From NCBI RefSeq assembly GCF_009914755.1, contig NC_060927.1: a stretch of DNA of 64,000 bases. One strand, written 5' to 3'. The stretch is from the human T2T-CHM13v2.0 reference genome, Homo sapiens. The notes below the pieces were generated by a model. The model had not been told where the DNA came from. It saw only the letters and a list, made by a program, of their open reading frames with translations, and searched no databases. Every line of letters begins with the position of its first letter. The stretch's first letter is position 1. This document shows, piece after piece, positions 13,884 to 26,849 of the stretch. A program made the translations under genes and the position numbers.

Positions 13884-14533
13884 AAAATTGTCCTGTAAAT
13901 GTAAAATGGCATTTCTCAGGCTCTCCCTCTCTTTTCTGGCTAAATCTGTTACAGATCATATTAGCCTAAGTTCAAATAGTGGCATGCTCTGAGCCTGTAA
14001 TAATTTATGCCCAAACTATTTTCTAAGTTAGACCTTTCTCCAAAGCATAGTGGGCTACCTAGGCAAAAGCCCCAGAAGGAACTGAAGTTTTCTCAGTGAT
14101 TGGCATTGATTGGAACTTAATGGTGACAACCTTCTATTTTCTAAATTAAGTTTCCAGGCTAAACACTCAACATAAAAAAAGTCAATTCAAGGAAGTCCTA
14201 TGGAAACTAATTTCTTGACATCATTACTTTGTTCACTTACCTCGTTTACTGAAATCAGCATCCTCTTTACTGATCAGTTTGTTTGCTTTATAAGGTTGCT
14301 ACCTTCACTCCAGGAAGGTTTAAAGAACAGAAGATGATCTTTTTCCCACTCTGAGATTCTTATTACAGAAACCATTTTAAATACACAAATACTAGATTAT
14401 CAGGTGGGATTGGGAGAGAATGGGGCGCTAACACTCAACTCACTAGAGCTAGCCTCTCCTACAACATTGTTTATGAGGATGACCTCTCATGAGAAGTGTA
14501 AAATGCAGCTCTCTGAAAATAACCTATGATCAC

Positions 14534-14901
14534 TGATACGGTTTGGGTGTGTCCCCAACCAAGTATCATCTTGAATTGTAGTTCTCATAATCCCCATGTG
14601 TTGTGGGAGGGACCCAGTGGGAGGTAATTGAATCATGGACGTGGTTACCCCTATGCTGTTGTTCTTGTGATAGTGGGTTCTCATGAGATCAGGTGGTTTT
14701 ATAAGTGGCTTTTCCCACTTTGCTCAGCGCTTCTCCTTCTGGCCATCATGTGAAGAAGGACATGTTTACTTCCCCTTCCGCTGTGATTGTAAGTTTCCTG
14801 AGGCCTCCCCAAACCTGCAGACTGTGAGTTAATTAAACCTCTTTTACAAATTACCCAGTCTCAGGCAGTTCTCTATAGCAGCGTGAGAATGGACTAATAC
14901 A
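14534..14901 (+). mobile_element. THE1D-like MaLR solo LTR
   Basis: tgatacggtttgg...gactaataca; TSD ATCAC/ATCGC. Confidence 0.93.
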
Positions 14902-16304
14902 ATCGCGAAGAGGTGTGTTAGCTGAAAACACTATGTGTATGTTGAGTGTGAGATGAGAAAACATTACAGACCATTTTCTCTGGGCCATGAGTAGGATCCA
15001 ACTGTCAAAGCAGAGAACTGAGAGTAGAGAGAAGATGGGTGGGGTAGGGTCCCCACAGCTGGGACTGATGGCCATCATTTTAACATCATAGCTACATCCA
15101 GATGGCTGGCTTACCACTCTGAGCAAGCTATTCCAAGATGGAGCAACTTCCTGGGTTCTCAATCCTTCCTAGGTTTTCTTCTCAAATTTTCATGAGGAGT
15201 ACCCCTACTGTCTATGCCCCTGAACTCAAAGAACTACTCAGATCTGTTGTATGTCACTGGAAGTACATATTCTTTAAAGTGGTAGATTTCCATCTTACTT
15301 GCTCCATCTCTAACTTTTTTCTTTTTGACCACCTTGTCAATGGCCAGAGTGAGTGCAGCTGAGCAGGGAGAAGAGAAATAAGTACTCCCCCCAAATCCAA
15401 CCATCTCTTTCTGTCTTTGTTATCTGGCAACAATAAATAGCTTTGGGGGAAAACTGTCTGCTATGGAGGAAAATTAAGGACCAGTAATCGGGACTTTGAT
15501 ATTCAAACCTAAGGCCCAAGTCTTTCTACCAAGAAAGGTATAAACCAATGGTTAGTGCGGACATCTAGGACACACGCAACTCAGTTTCAGTTTGAGCTTG
15601 CTTGGCTTCTCCAGCTAAATGTTCAGAGGACAATTGAGTAAAAAAGAAAAACCTCCTAACTTTCTAGCATGTTCTATATGAATCTTCCCAGTTCAACTTC
15701 TTCAGGGTTAAGAGTTGTGAATCTTAGCTGGACATACCATAGTCAAACATCTGTGTGATGCATTGGTTGGGTGCACCTTTCATGAGCTCTACCACTGTTC
15801 CTGGTTGTGCAGAGAAGAACTTTACAGTGTTCCTGGTTGCACAGAAAAGAACTTCAAGTTGCTATCACCTCTCTCCTCCTCTGCCATGCAAAGGGATGGG
15901 ATCTTAAGGCTCCCAGAAGAAACTGGGTCCTCTGGAAACTTCAGTGGTGAATCGATGCAGAAACCACCCTTCACTCTTTCTCAAACACACAAATTGTCCA
16001 CCTTCTCCCTAAACCCACATTCAATTCTACTTTATGACATATACAGTGTTAGAACTGAAACCTTTACTCTTTGCCAGTTCATTTCAAAATCTATTAATTA
16101 CGTAATAGTATGAAAGATTTCTCCATGGTCACAATAGGTTGCATACCGTAAACACTTAATAATGCAGTGATGTTACAACTGCACTCTGATAACATCAAGT
16201 CTCTTTGTCAGACTCTAAACATGTCCCAACTTTCCTGGATTGTTAAAATGAAAAATCTTCCACCTACCTCACCCCAAAGTCCCCTAATATAAAAGTTGTC
16301 TTAC

Positions 16305-16368
16305 CAAGCATTGACGAGTATTACAAGGCAGCTATTCACGGATTCTTCACTGGCAGCATCATTCGCTT
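16305..16368 (-). other. Candidate 64-nt internal exon on the minus strand
   Basis: Minus strand reads ctgcttttttctccctccctgcAG|aagcg...gcttg|GTAAGA; no transcript evidence. Confidence 0.3.
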
Positions 16369-16484
16369 CTGCAGGGAGGGAGAAAAAAGCAGTTTTCTCA
16401 GCTTACTGGTCAATTTGTGCAGAATTACCAAGGTAAGACAAATCTAACAGAGTGAGAATGTGTTTATCATTAAACTTAATACAA

Positions 16485-16650
16485 GTCTAGTGTTATGGGC
16501 TAGCTCCTTGAGTCACTAGCTGAAGGAACTTGGCCAAGTTGTTGTATCTCTCTGGACTTCAGTTTCCTCATAAATTTCTTGTGGGAATTAAAAAGAGATA
16601 ATATACAAAAAGTACTAAGTTCAATTCCTGGGCATAGTAACCACTTCTTG
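16485..16650 (+). mobile_element. MIR
   Basis: cactagctg...cttggccaagttg...ttcagtttcctcat. Confidence 0.75.
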
Positions 16651-17055
16651 CAAATTGATTACATCTCATTTTCTCTTCGAGTAAATGAAGCACCCCTAGA
16701 ATAAGAAAGCAGGAAGAGTGTTGGGGTTATGTGCTTTTGCCTATCTATCACTCTTTCTCCTCCTTTCAGGAACCCACTTCTTTTCCCCCAGGGGATAGCC
16801 TTTCATATGTGTTAAGTGGGGCTGACCTCCCTTCTTCTCCCCAGCTACAAAAGTGGGAATGAGCCTCGGGCTTGGCCGAACCTCCTAACTTGCCCTGATC
16901 ACAATGATAGGTACAGGAATGAGTATATGAACCAAGCTGCCTCCATTATGAGTCCTCCCGTGGACATTTTTCTGGTTATAGATATCATAAAAGTCTCTTT
17001 CAGCACTAAACTTGTAGAGTGTGAATTTCATGCATACGGCAACCAGCTTTCTTGC

Positions 17056-17709
17056 TGTATGGGTCAGGATTTGCTCAGAAAAGCAGAAGCTTTACAAGAT
17101 CTAAATTATAGGGGATTAGAGGAATTTGGCTTTCTGCAATTGTAAGAGCTAATTCTATAGTCTATGTGAAGCTGCTGTTTCTGTGACAGGTTCAGGAAAA
17201 CAAGGTCTACCCTTATCAACAGGCTGTTGAGACGGGAAGATGGACATGAAGTGGGTGAATCAAGGATAAACTGAAATCTGTGAGGATGGGCTGGGACTCA
17301 TGAGGAGAGACTTGGACCAACATTGGTCTCTCCCCACCTCCAAGCCACCCACTTCAATGATGGAAGCAAGCTGGAGGGGAAGCTGGCATCCTTCATCAGA
17401 AAGCTAATCACGCGCCTGGCCCAGGAGTCAGAGAGGGTGGAGGAGGATCCAGCAGGAGGTGAGGATGCTGTGAGCTCAACCTGACGAGGTGAGTGAAGAG
17501 ATGAGTGACAACAGGAGCAGCCACGACAGCACCTCCTGCACTGCCCTGGCCTTCCAAGCATAAAGCGAAATATGATTGCTGCTTTACTTCCACTTCCCAA
17601 TGGCACACAAAATGTCTCTGTGGCCCACACTAACTGCAATTATGTAAAGAAAAGAATTCTGGGAAATACAGTTCCAGCTTAGCTAAGTGGACAGTCCAAG
17701 CATCCCACA
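17056..17709 (-). mobile_element. Old ERVL-class LTR (LTR82/LTR40 group, name tentative) carrying a captured gene fragment
   Basis: TG...CA termini (tgtatgggtcagg ... gaattctgggaaatacagttccagcttagctaagtggaca...cccaca); strand inferred by analogy with MLT2. Confidence 0.7.
17371..17535 (+). pseudogene. APOA4: Decayed APOA4 (apolipoprotein A-IV) coding fragment inside an LTR
   Basis: Translates LEGKLASFIRKLITRLAQESERVEE / (frameshift) IQQEVRML*AQPDEVSEEMSDN; recalled ApoA-IV reads [52 protein letters not shown]. Confidence 0.75.
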
Positions 17710-17865
17710 TTGGCTATATGGAGAGAACTCTTTCAATGGATGGGTAGAGGGCAACAGCCCTGATGACAGCCTTGGAGCCTCTGGATCCAGCCAGCTCTGA
17801 AGCTGTAACTATCACTAGAATTTTCAGTTATGTGAACTATTTGGCTTATACTTGTTTGCTGGGGG

Positions 17866-17950
17866 TTTTTTTGGTTTTTTTTTTGTTTGTTTGTTTTTTT
17901 GAGATGGAGTCTCGCTCTGTCACCCAGGCTGGAGTGCAGTGGTGCAATCT
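17866..17950 (-). mobile_element. Alu 3' fragment
   Basis: T-rich tail + gagatggagtctcgctctgtcacccaggctggagtgcagtggtgcaatct. Confidence 0.9.
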
Positions 17951-19589
17951 CTGTCTCTTGAAAATAAAAGTGGCCTGACTCATATGTGGAGCTAGTTTAG
18001 CATCTAAGAGTAATTTAGTTAAGGCGTTGTAATAGAATTCCAATAAAGAAGTAACTTTGTCAGGGCAATTAGGAACACACTGAAAATCTCTTGGGTAATA
18101 AGGAATGACTATTACACAGCATGTTCAGTTTTGGTGGGTAAAAGAGTGATGGGTAAAGAGTGCGCTAAAAAATGGCCAAAAAAAGTCTTATGTACAAACT
18201 GCTATTAACCTCTGCTGTTAACTTATTACCAAGTGGCAGGTGTAATCTTTGTAGGAGGTAAGATGACACATAGTGGGAAACAGAGGGACACCCAAACAGG
18301 ACCTCCCTGGTAAGTAGCCCCTGAGTTAGGATCCCACATGTCAAAATTTCATTCTTGTTTCTGCAGGTCAAGAAAACTCATCTGGTGTGTGCATATAATT
18401 GTTCAGCTTTCAGGTGTCTGACTCCCTTACCATACCCTCAAGAGACTGATAAATTAACCAGTATAAATTAATTTATGAAGTGTATGTGGCAGTATATTTT
18501 TCCAGGGACTGAAATCCTTGCACCCTTCACCTAGGACACATCTTTCCCAGAGAGAGCTCACTTAGGGTTATCAAATGAAGACCCAGAAGCCTTTTGTGGA
18601 AAGCATGGAATGGTTTGCACAGGGGGAATTTACCTAAGCTCTGGGCCAGCCTGGTACATGACCCTCCTTACTCCACAACCAAGTGGACAAATGTTTGTGA
18701 GTATACACAACCACCAGAAAGTTCTTTTCTTAATGGTTCTTTGGATCCCATCCTATCCTCAAAAACATGCTCTGATTTTTGTGATTGACTCTTGAGAATT
18801 TCCCAAGTCACCTACTTGTCCCAGTTACAGATGACCAAGTAGAGTATCATCTACATAGATATTAAACTTCATCACTAAGAACATACTTTTTAAAAATCAG
18901 GCTTTTAAAAAAATCCCTTCTTTCTCCCTCTCTTTCCAATCCTTTTAAGGTATTAAGCAGTATATGCAAATAAATGTGTGAGGCCCAGGCACAGTCCTTC
19001 CCTTATGGAGCTCAAAGAATCACCCTCCTTATTCTAGATACTATTTCTCTAATTATGCAACCCAAAATTCCATTAGCTTTCTGGAAAGCCATCTCTCACT
19101 ACATATTGAGCCTACCATTTACCAAAGCTCCCTAATATATATTTTCCCTCTTCCAGATGGATTAACTACCCTCCTCCCCTTCTTTCCTTCAGTGGATTTT
19201 TTTTTACTTTTTCCCTCCAATTTCAAAAGTAATATATGCAGCATGCAGAAAATGTAGGACACTATGCAAAAAAAAAAAAAAAAAAAATTTAACCACACTT
19301 TTATTCTCTCTCAAAGCCCGGGAGGCCTCTGTCTACCAACTGCAGGAAGAAGAGCATGCTGGGTAGACAGGACAGATCTCAACTCCATCCACTGTCCCTG
19401 TCTGAGCTCCTCCCACCTGGTGTAAGCCACCTTCACCTCTTACTGCTACAGTCGCTTGGTAACTGGTCTCACTGCTTCTGTTTTTGTGTGTCTCCTTCAC
19501 AGCAGCCTGGGTGCTCCATTAGAATGTAAATCAGACCCCACCACTTCCTTGCTTAAAGCCCCCAGTCATTCCCCATCACAACTAGAATA

Positions 19590-20333
<744 letters not shown>

Positions 20334-20734
20334 TCTGACCCCAGTGCTTCACGGGGTCTGCAAGGCCTTGCCCTTTTCTTCCTCCTCACACCCTCAAGTC
20401 ACCACATTCTAGCCCATGGGGCTTCCTTCTGCCCCTCAAGCACTCCTGGCTGTTCTCAGTTCCCATTCTGGGCACCTCCTGGCTAGCTCTGACTCGGTGT
20501 CAGGACCAGAGGCGCCCCCTACCCCCGCCCCCAATATCTACTTTCAGACATATTGAAGTCCTAACCTCCAGCGCCTCTGCCTAACTCAAGGAGTCCCCCC
20601 ATCTCTTTCCCATTCTTTTATGCCCCCACTTCTACTTTTTCTTTAAAGCACTTATCAATATCTGAAAATATCTTGTTTCTGGGTTTACTGCTTGTATTCC
20701 CCACCCCAAAGAGTGGAAACTCCTTAAGGATGGG

Positions 20735-20935
20735 TTGTTGAGAGACCCCAACACAGCGGCTCTGTGGTTCCCTTCAGGCCTAGGGGTGCTGAGGGGCCCG
20801 GTGCTTCCCCATCCTTTCTCGGCCTCCTTCAGTCCTGCTCTCACCTTTGTAAAGAGTCATCTTCTTCATTAAACTCGCCTTAATTACCCCCTTCTAATGG
20901 GCCACCTCTTCCCTCCCTCGGGCCTGACTCAGATT
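20735..20935 (+). mobile_element. LTR33-like ERVL LTR 3' fragment
   Basis: cccttcaggcctaggggtg...cacctttgtaaag...attaaactc...aattaccc...cctgact. Confidence 0.7.
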
Positions 20936-21089
20936 TGAACTTGACTTTTGTGACAGTGGAGGCTGCGCTGATGATGGATGCCGAATCATCAAAGGCCAGT
21001 CCTGGGCTCTGGTCTGAGTGTCTGGGTAGTCACCACCCGCCTGATCAGCAAGCGCCTTGTCATTTCCCTCCGCCGCTGGCACTCTGTAG

Positions 21090-21560
21090 GCACAGGCATT
21101 ATGAATTAATGCATCTCTAAAAATTAAGCACTGAATCCGGCCCTTTATTTATAGCTCATTTTACAAATGTGAATTAAAGTGGGCCAGTCTTATGACATAA
21201 TCAAATTTATTATCCCCACTTGATAGCTTGGATAGTTAAATACTTCAGTGAATAAACTTAGAATTCATTAAGTCTCATTTTCTCATATTTCATATATTTG
21301 TAATCTACTCTCTTCCCTGGCAGTTTTCAAACAGGAAAATTAAGCCTGGCTCAGAAATTTATGAATGTATTCTTCTAATATTCCTTTAATGAGAAACTCA
21401 TAGGCGGCTTCCTAAGCGAGCCACCCACGGAGCTAACCTATGTAATGTGAGCTACCTTATTGTGTGAATCCTTCTTCATTCCAATTTTCTTTTCTTAAGC
21501 TCTCATTAGCTCTGGAACACCACCTAGGAGAAGTTCTATAGAAACACAGCGAGGAGGGCT
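21090..21560. promoter_or_regulatory. Candidate enhancer (non-repeat block rich in homeodomain and MEF2-like motifs)
   Basis: ATGAATTAATGCAT 21101-21114; TTATTTATAG 21145-21154; TTATGACATAA 21190-21200. Confidence 0.4.
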
Positions 21561-22189
21561 AACTTTTCACCTCCAGGTTGATATTCAGAAGGTTTGGTCA
21601 TAGTTTATGTGCTTAGTGCTCCCTGTTGATTATTAACAGAGTGGAATTAGAGCTTTTGAGCTCCTAGGCAATGTGGTACTCTCTGAGATAGTTTGGAAAT
21701 CAGTTTTTCTGTGGGGAAAGGGAGTCTACATTTCTAGATGCAGACTAAATCCTTCTAAATCCATCCTGTTGCCACTTGTGCTGTGTCAGGTACCACTTTG
21801 GAGGTCCTGTTAACTACTGCAGGAAAGAGTGGGGGGGAGGAGAGAGGGGAGAGAAAGAGAGGGTGAGAGTATACGGCACATACCCAGCTGGCATTTGAGG
21901 AGATCTTAGGTTATCCAAGTAGCCCTGTTAAGTGTGCCTAAAATTCAATATCACTTCAGGATCAGCTGTTTATGTTGGGAATGGTTTGCGTGGTAGGACT
22001 GAGGAGTTAGAGATGTTCTAAAACTGTTACAGCCAAACATTTTTGGCCTGAAACTTAATAGACAGAGCTAGAGGAAGTAGAGTCCGTTAACAAATATTTA
22101 TCTTCTATTCTGTGCAATCCTAGTCTTAGAAGCTGGAGATGCAGCTCTGATCAGGCAGTTAATGCTTACATAGGGCTTATGATGGGCTG

Positions 22190-22376
22190 GGAGTAGTTCT
22201 CAGTGTTTTATATTAACTCCACTTAATCCCCATGGTACCCTGCGAAGTAGGTACTAATATTTTTCCCAGTCTACAGATGGGGAAACTGAGGCTCTGAGAA
22301 GTTAACATGCTCAAGGTCACACAGCCAGTAAATGGGAGGAGAGAGAAGTGACTCCAGAGTTCATGTTCCTAACCAC
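22190..22376 (-). mobile_element. MIR (its last bases resume at ~23599)
   Basis: tacagatggggaaactgaggctctgagaagttaac...caaggtcacacagccagt. Confidence 0.88.
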
Positions 22377-23138
<762 letters not shown>

Positions 23139-23143
23139 ACCCC

Positions 23144-23598
23144 TGTTGTGGATTTAGTTACGTTCTTTGGAAAATATACGGTGAACTCCTAATTCCCAGT
23201 ACCTCAGAATGTGGCCTTGTTTAGATACAGGTCTAGGGACATGTAGACCTGTATGTTGCAGACATTTAGTTAAGATGAAGTCAGACTGGAGTAGGCTGGG
23301 CCCTTAATCCAATGTGACTCATGTTCTCAAAAGCAGAGGAGACACAGAGCAGAAACGGCCAAACGAAGACACACAGACACAGGGAGAAGGCCGTGTGAGG
23401 ACAGAGGTGGGGACTGGGGCGTGCTGCCACAGGTCAAGTGGGAGAGGTGAGAAAAGATCCTCCCTGGAGGCTTCAGAGGTGGCACCTTGCTGACACCTTG
23501 ATGCGAGGCTTCCAGTCTCCAGAACTGTGAGAGAATATGTCGTGTTAAGCCACTCAGGGTGGGGTACTTTGTTATGGCACCCCTGGGAAACTGATACA
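23144..23598 (+). mobile_element. MLT1B/C solo LTR
   Basis: tgttgtgg...cccagtacctcagaatgtg...ccagaactgtgagag...gaaactgataca. Confidence 0.9.
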
Positions 23599-23611
23599 AC
23601 TGCTATGCTAT

Positions 23612-23664
23612 GGGGGTCTCTCAACAACCCAACCCTTAGGGAGTTTACACTCTTGGAGGGGTGG
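23612..23664 (-). repeat. Inverted copy of 20701-20749
   Basis: GGGGTCTCTCAACAACCCA (23613-23631) is the exact reverse complement of 20731-20749; similarity continues to 23664. Confidence 0.85.
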
Positions 23665-23687
23665 ACAATCATCACGAGCCTCATGAG

Positions 23688-23983
23688 ATTCACAAAAGAC
23701 CCTTTCAGTGCCACGCTTGCAGGGTGCAAGTTTTATGCATATGGTGGCCACCTTCCCTGCTGGAAGGGTCAGGACTCAGAAAAGCAGCACCTTTAGAAGA
23801 TCTTTACTATTGGGGTTTTATTATAGGGATTTGGCCTTTTGCAGTCGTAAGAGCTGGTTCCATAGTCCCAGCTGTGTGGCAGCCCATGTCTGTGTCTGAT
23901 ACAGGAACCTGAAGTCTGCAGGCCAGGCCTTTGACTAAGGAAAGATGGGCAGAAAATGGGGGAAGAAAGATAAACTGAAATCC
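23688..23983 (+). repeat. Diverged direct copy of ~16985-17280 (MLT1/ERVL-LTR junction)
   Basis: Colinear blocks: ctttcag, atgcata, gggtcagga, ctcagaaaagcag, aagatct, gtaagagct, aagatgg, ataaactgaaatc. Confidence 0.8.
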
Positions 23984-24450
23984 TTGCAGTGAATGTCCTG
24001 GCGGAGGTCAGACACTGAGGCCGTGGCAGAATGGACTCAGCATCACCCGACTTGTCATTGAGGGTCTTTCCATTATGTCATGGTGCCTCTTTAGAAGCCT
24101 GGAACTTTTTTTCTTCCAAAATAAATCTCGAGGGCTTCACTAGATCTGTAGGAACTAGAAAGTGTCAATACTCAATGAGCTTTAGTTAAAAAGTGATCTT
24201 CTTCTGGAATGAAATACAGCAAAATGCATATAGTAGTTATGAAGTTTAAGGACTTAGAGTAATACAAAAATTTCCTATTCTGCTATGTTTTCTAAATTTC
24301 CTATAATGATCGAGAATGCATTTAAAAATGAAACTTAAAACAACACTATTATTAAAAGGAAAAAGAGAAGCCTTGATGTTCATCTACGCTGGGTATCCTT
24401 CTCAAGCAGGACAGATATGAACTTGCTGGTTAGCTGGTCCTGGCTGACAG

Positions 24451-24728
24451 TTATTTATTTTGAGACAAGGTCTTGCTTTGCCACCTAGGCTGGAGTGCAG
24501 TGGCAGCCTCAACTGCAGTGTCAACCTCCCGGGCTCAAGTGATCCTCCCACCTCAGCCCCCCAGGTAACAGGGACTACAGGTGTGTGCCACCATGCCCAG
24601 CTAATTTTTGTATTTTTTGTAGAGACAGGGTTTTGCTATGTTGCTCAGGCTGGTCTCAAACTCCTGGGCTCAAGCGATCCTCCTGCCCGAAGTATGGGGA
24701 TTACAGGCGTGAGCCACTGGGCCTGGCC
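24451..24728 (-). mobile_element. AluJ
   Basis: Antisense Alu; TSD ctggctgaca/ctggctaaca. Confidence 0.92.
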
Positions 24729-25104
24729 CTGGCTAACATTTAAAGCAAGTAGGAAGCCTGTGGTTTTAGAATTTGAGGAAGTTCAGAACCCACATTTCGA
24801 AATTACATGTCTAACTTCTGGTCTTATTTGAATGTCTACTTCCTTCCCCCTCACCTTTCAACCTCTGTTTTACATAAGGATAAGGGAGGTTTAGGACCAG
24901 ATTAACCTAACCAAGGAAGCGTAGGAGTCCTTAGATCCATAATTTGGTTGGTTTAACATTGGGTCAGTACCTGCTGGCTTCTGAGTCAATCATGTATTGG
25001 TGCTAGTAACTAAGTTACTAAGTAACAGATTCTATAGCCCCCTCTTCTTCCCCATCCTTTCCTGAAATTAGCCCAACTTATTCCTCCAGACCTGTGTTTT
25101 TCCT

Positions 25105-25220
25105 GATTCAGTCATTCATTCCATCAACATTTACTGAGCTCTTACTGTGTGCCAGAGACTATGACAGGCACTGGGATGCAAAGATGAAAATGGCATGATC
25201 CTGGTTCTCAAGGGGCTCAC
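25105..25220 (-). mobile_element. L2 3' end
   Basis: cattcattccatcaacatttactgagctcttactgtgtgccag. Confidence 0.8.
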
Positions 25221-25259
25221 AGATACATCATCAACTCCTCTGTAACAGAGGCTACATTT

Positions 25260-25620
25260 GAGTGAGCAGTGAAGCCCATTTGTTAAGTCTGGGCTTAGCT
25301 ATCATACTGCTTGGATTCAAATCCTGACTTCACTTCTTTCTGGCCACATGACTTTGATGAATTTTTCTAGTCCTCATCTGTACATTATAGGCAATAAGGG
25401 TGGCAGTACAAGTAGCTAATCTTCGTTGTACCCTTACTAGGTTCTAGGCCCTGAGCTCTTTCATGTGGATTATTACCTCCTTTAATTCTAACCCTTGAGA
25501 ATATGTTTATTGTCCCCATCTTCTATATAAGCAACTTAGGTTTAAGAGGGTTAAATTATTTACAAGCAAAGTGGTTGGTGGGGATGAGGATGCCTACCTG
25601 CTGTGTGTGACAAGCCCCGG
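25260..25620. mobile_element. Two adjacent MIRs in opposite orientation (+ then -)
   Basis: ggattcaaatcctgact...cctcatctgtac (plus); tccccatcttcta...agagggttaaattatttac (minus). Confidence 0.65.
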
Positions 25621-26074
25621 GCCTGTCCAACTCTATCTCCTGGGGCAGCACCCACCTGGCCCTTGGCTCTGAGCTCCAGGGGTCAACAATGACATGAAGT
25701 ACAGCAATCCAATGCAAACCACAAAACCCAAGGTCCAGAGTGTATAAATTAAACACGTACCCCCTGCCTGAGAGAATAACCTCCCCGTGATTACTGCACT
25801 GTGAACAATGTTGGCCTTCAGAAGGGTTTCCTCCCTTCCTATCCTGTTCACACTCACACAGGATTATTGTCTGTTGGGCCTGTGGCAAACCCATAAGAAG
25901 AACCCACTCCTCCAGAGTGCTGGCCGTGGTTTTAGATCCAGGCTGCTGGTGCATGCCACCTGCCTAGGTACCCAGTTGCAGGATTTACTGTGCCAGGTGT
26001 GTCCCAAAACCACCCTGAGATGCTAACACTGACAGATGTGTTTCATGGAAAAATATATAGGCTGCTACACATGG

Positions 26075-26235
26075 GCAAGGAGAGAGGGAACAGAGAGGAG
26101 TAGGGGGAAAGGGGGGAAGGAGGGAAGGAAGAAGAGGAAGGGAGGACAGGGGAGAAAAGAGGAGGGAAAGGAAGGAAGGGGAGAAGAGGAAGGGAGGAGA
26201 GAGAGAGAAGGGCAGAAGCAGATCAGAAAGGAGAG
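26075..26235 (+). repeat. GA-rich low-complexity purine tract
   Basis: Directly visible. Confidence 0.9.
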
Positions 26236-26849
26236 GACTGCAAAAGAGTCTGCCCCATCCCTGGGCCTTTAAAAGTAGGAAGCAGTGAGCTGCTGTATGG
26301 TATTAAAAATTTAGTTTCAGAACAGATATTTTCCCTGTGGTCAAAGGAGGGAAGTAAACTTACAGACACGGTCTCGGTCCTGTAGGGGTTATGATGGAGG
26401 CAGAAGGAAGCGGAGACAGTGTTGAAGGAAAAAGTCCAAGTTCCACCCAGCAGGGCCAAACCCCTCTCCTCTCTTCCTGCAGAAACAATTCCTCCATGGT
26501 CACCCCTCTACACAGGAAGGTGCCCCAGCATCCACTGGACAAGTGCCACACAAGTGTGGGCTGCTGGTCTAATTGTTTGTTACCAAGGGAAGTACAGAAC
26601 TGAGAGGATGGGATTGGAAACTTTTATTGCAATTTAATGCTATTGAGATAGCTGTGATCGTGGGACTTACTGGTTGTGGCACAAACCAGCTAGGGTGGTG
26701 TTGAACTTGAACTTGGAGGGTGAGTTGCATGTGGCCTGAGCTATGTGTTGTTGCTCATGCACAGACACACCATATACCAGGCTGCAATAGTTTGAGCAGT
26801 ACTGTTGTAGAGGTTATGCAAATACCTCTATGGACACTAAGTGGCTGCG

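Larger units (their letters stand above)
16719..17985 (+). mobile_element. MLT1K/L-like LTR, split by an ERVL LTR and an Alu fragment
   Basis: ggggctgacctccc...tgatcacaatgataggtacaggaatgag; resumes at gcctctggatccagcc...ttcagttatgtgaac. Confidence 0.7.

Noticed and set aside
16816-17145. ORF pair 16816-17145 and 23527-23796 as paralogous peptide genes
   Set aside because: The similarity reflects duplicated LTR DNA; frames diverge through indels and the starts are not homologous.
17371-17535. Functional APOA4 gene or classical processed pseudogene
   Set aside because: Only ~165 nt, with a frameshift and a stop, no other exons or poly(A), and embedded in an LTR.
26036-26272. Arg/Glu/Gly-rich ORF
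   Set aside because: Translation of a GA low-complexity tract.
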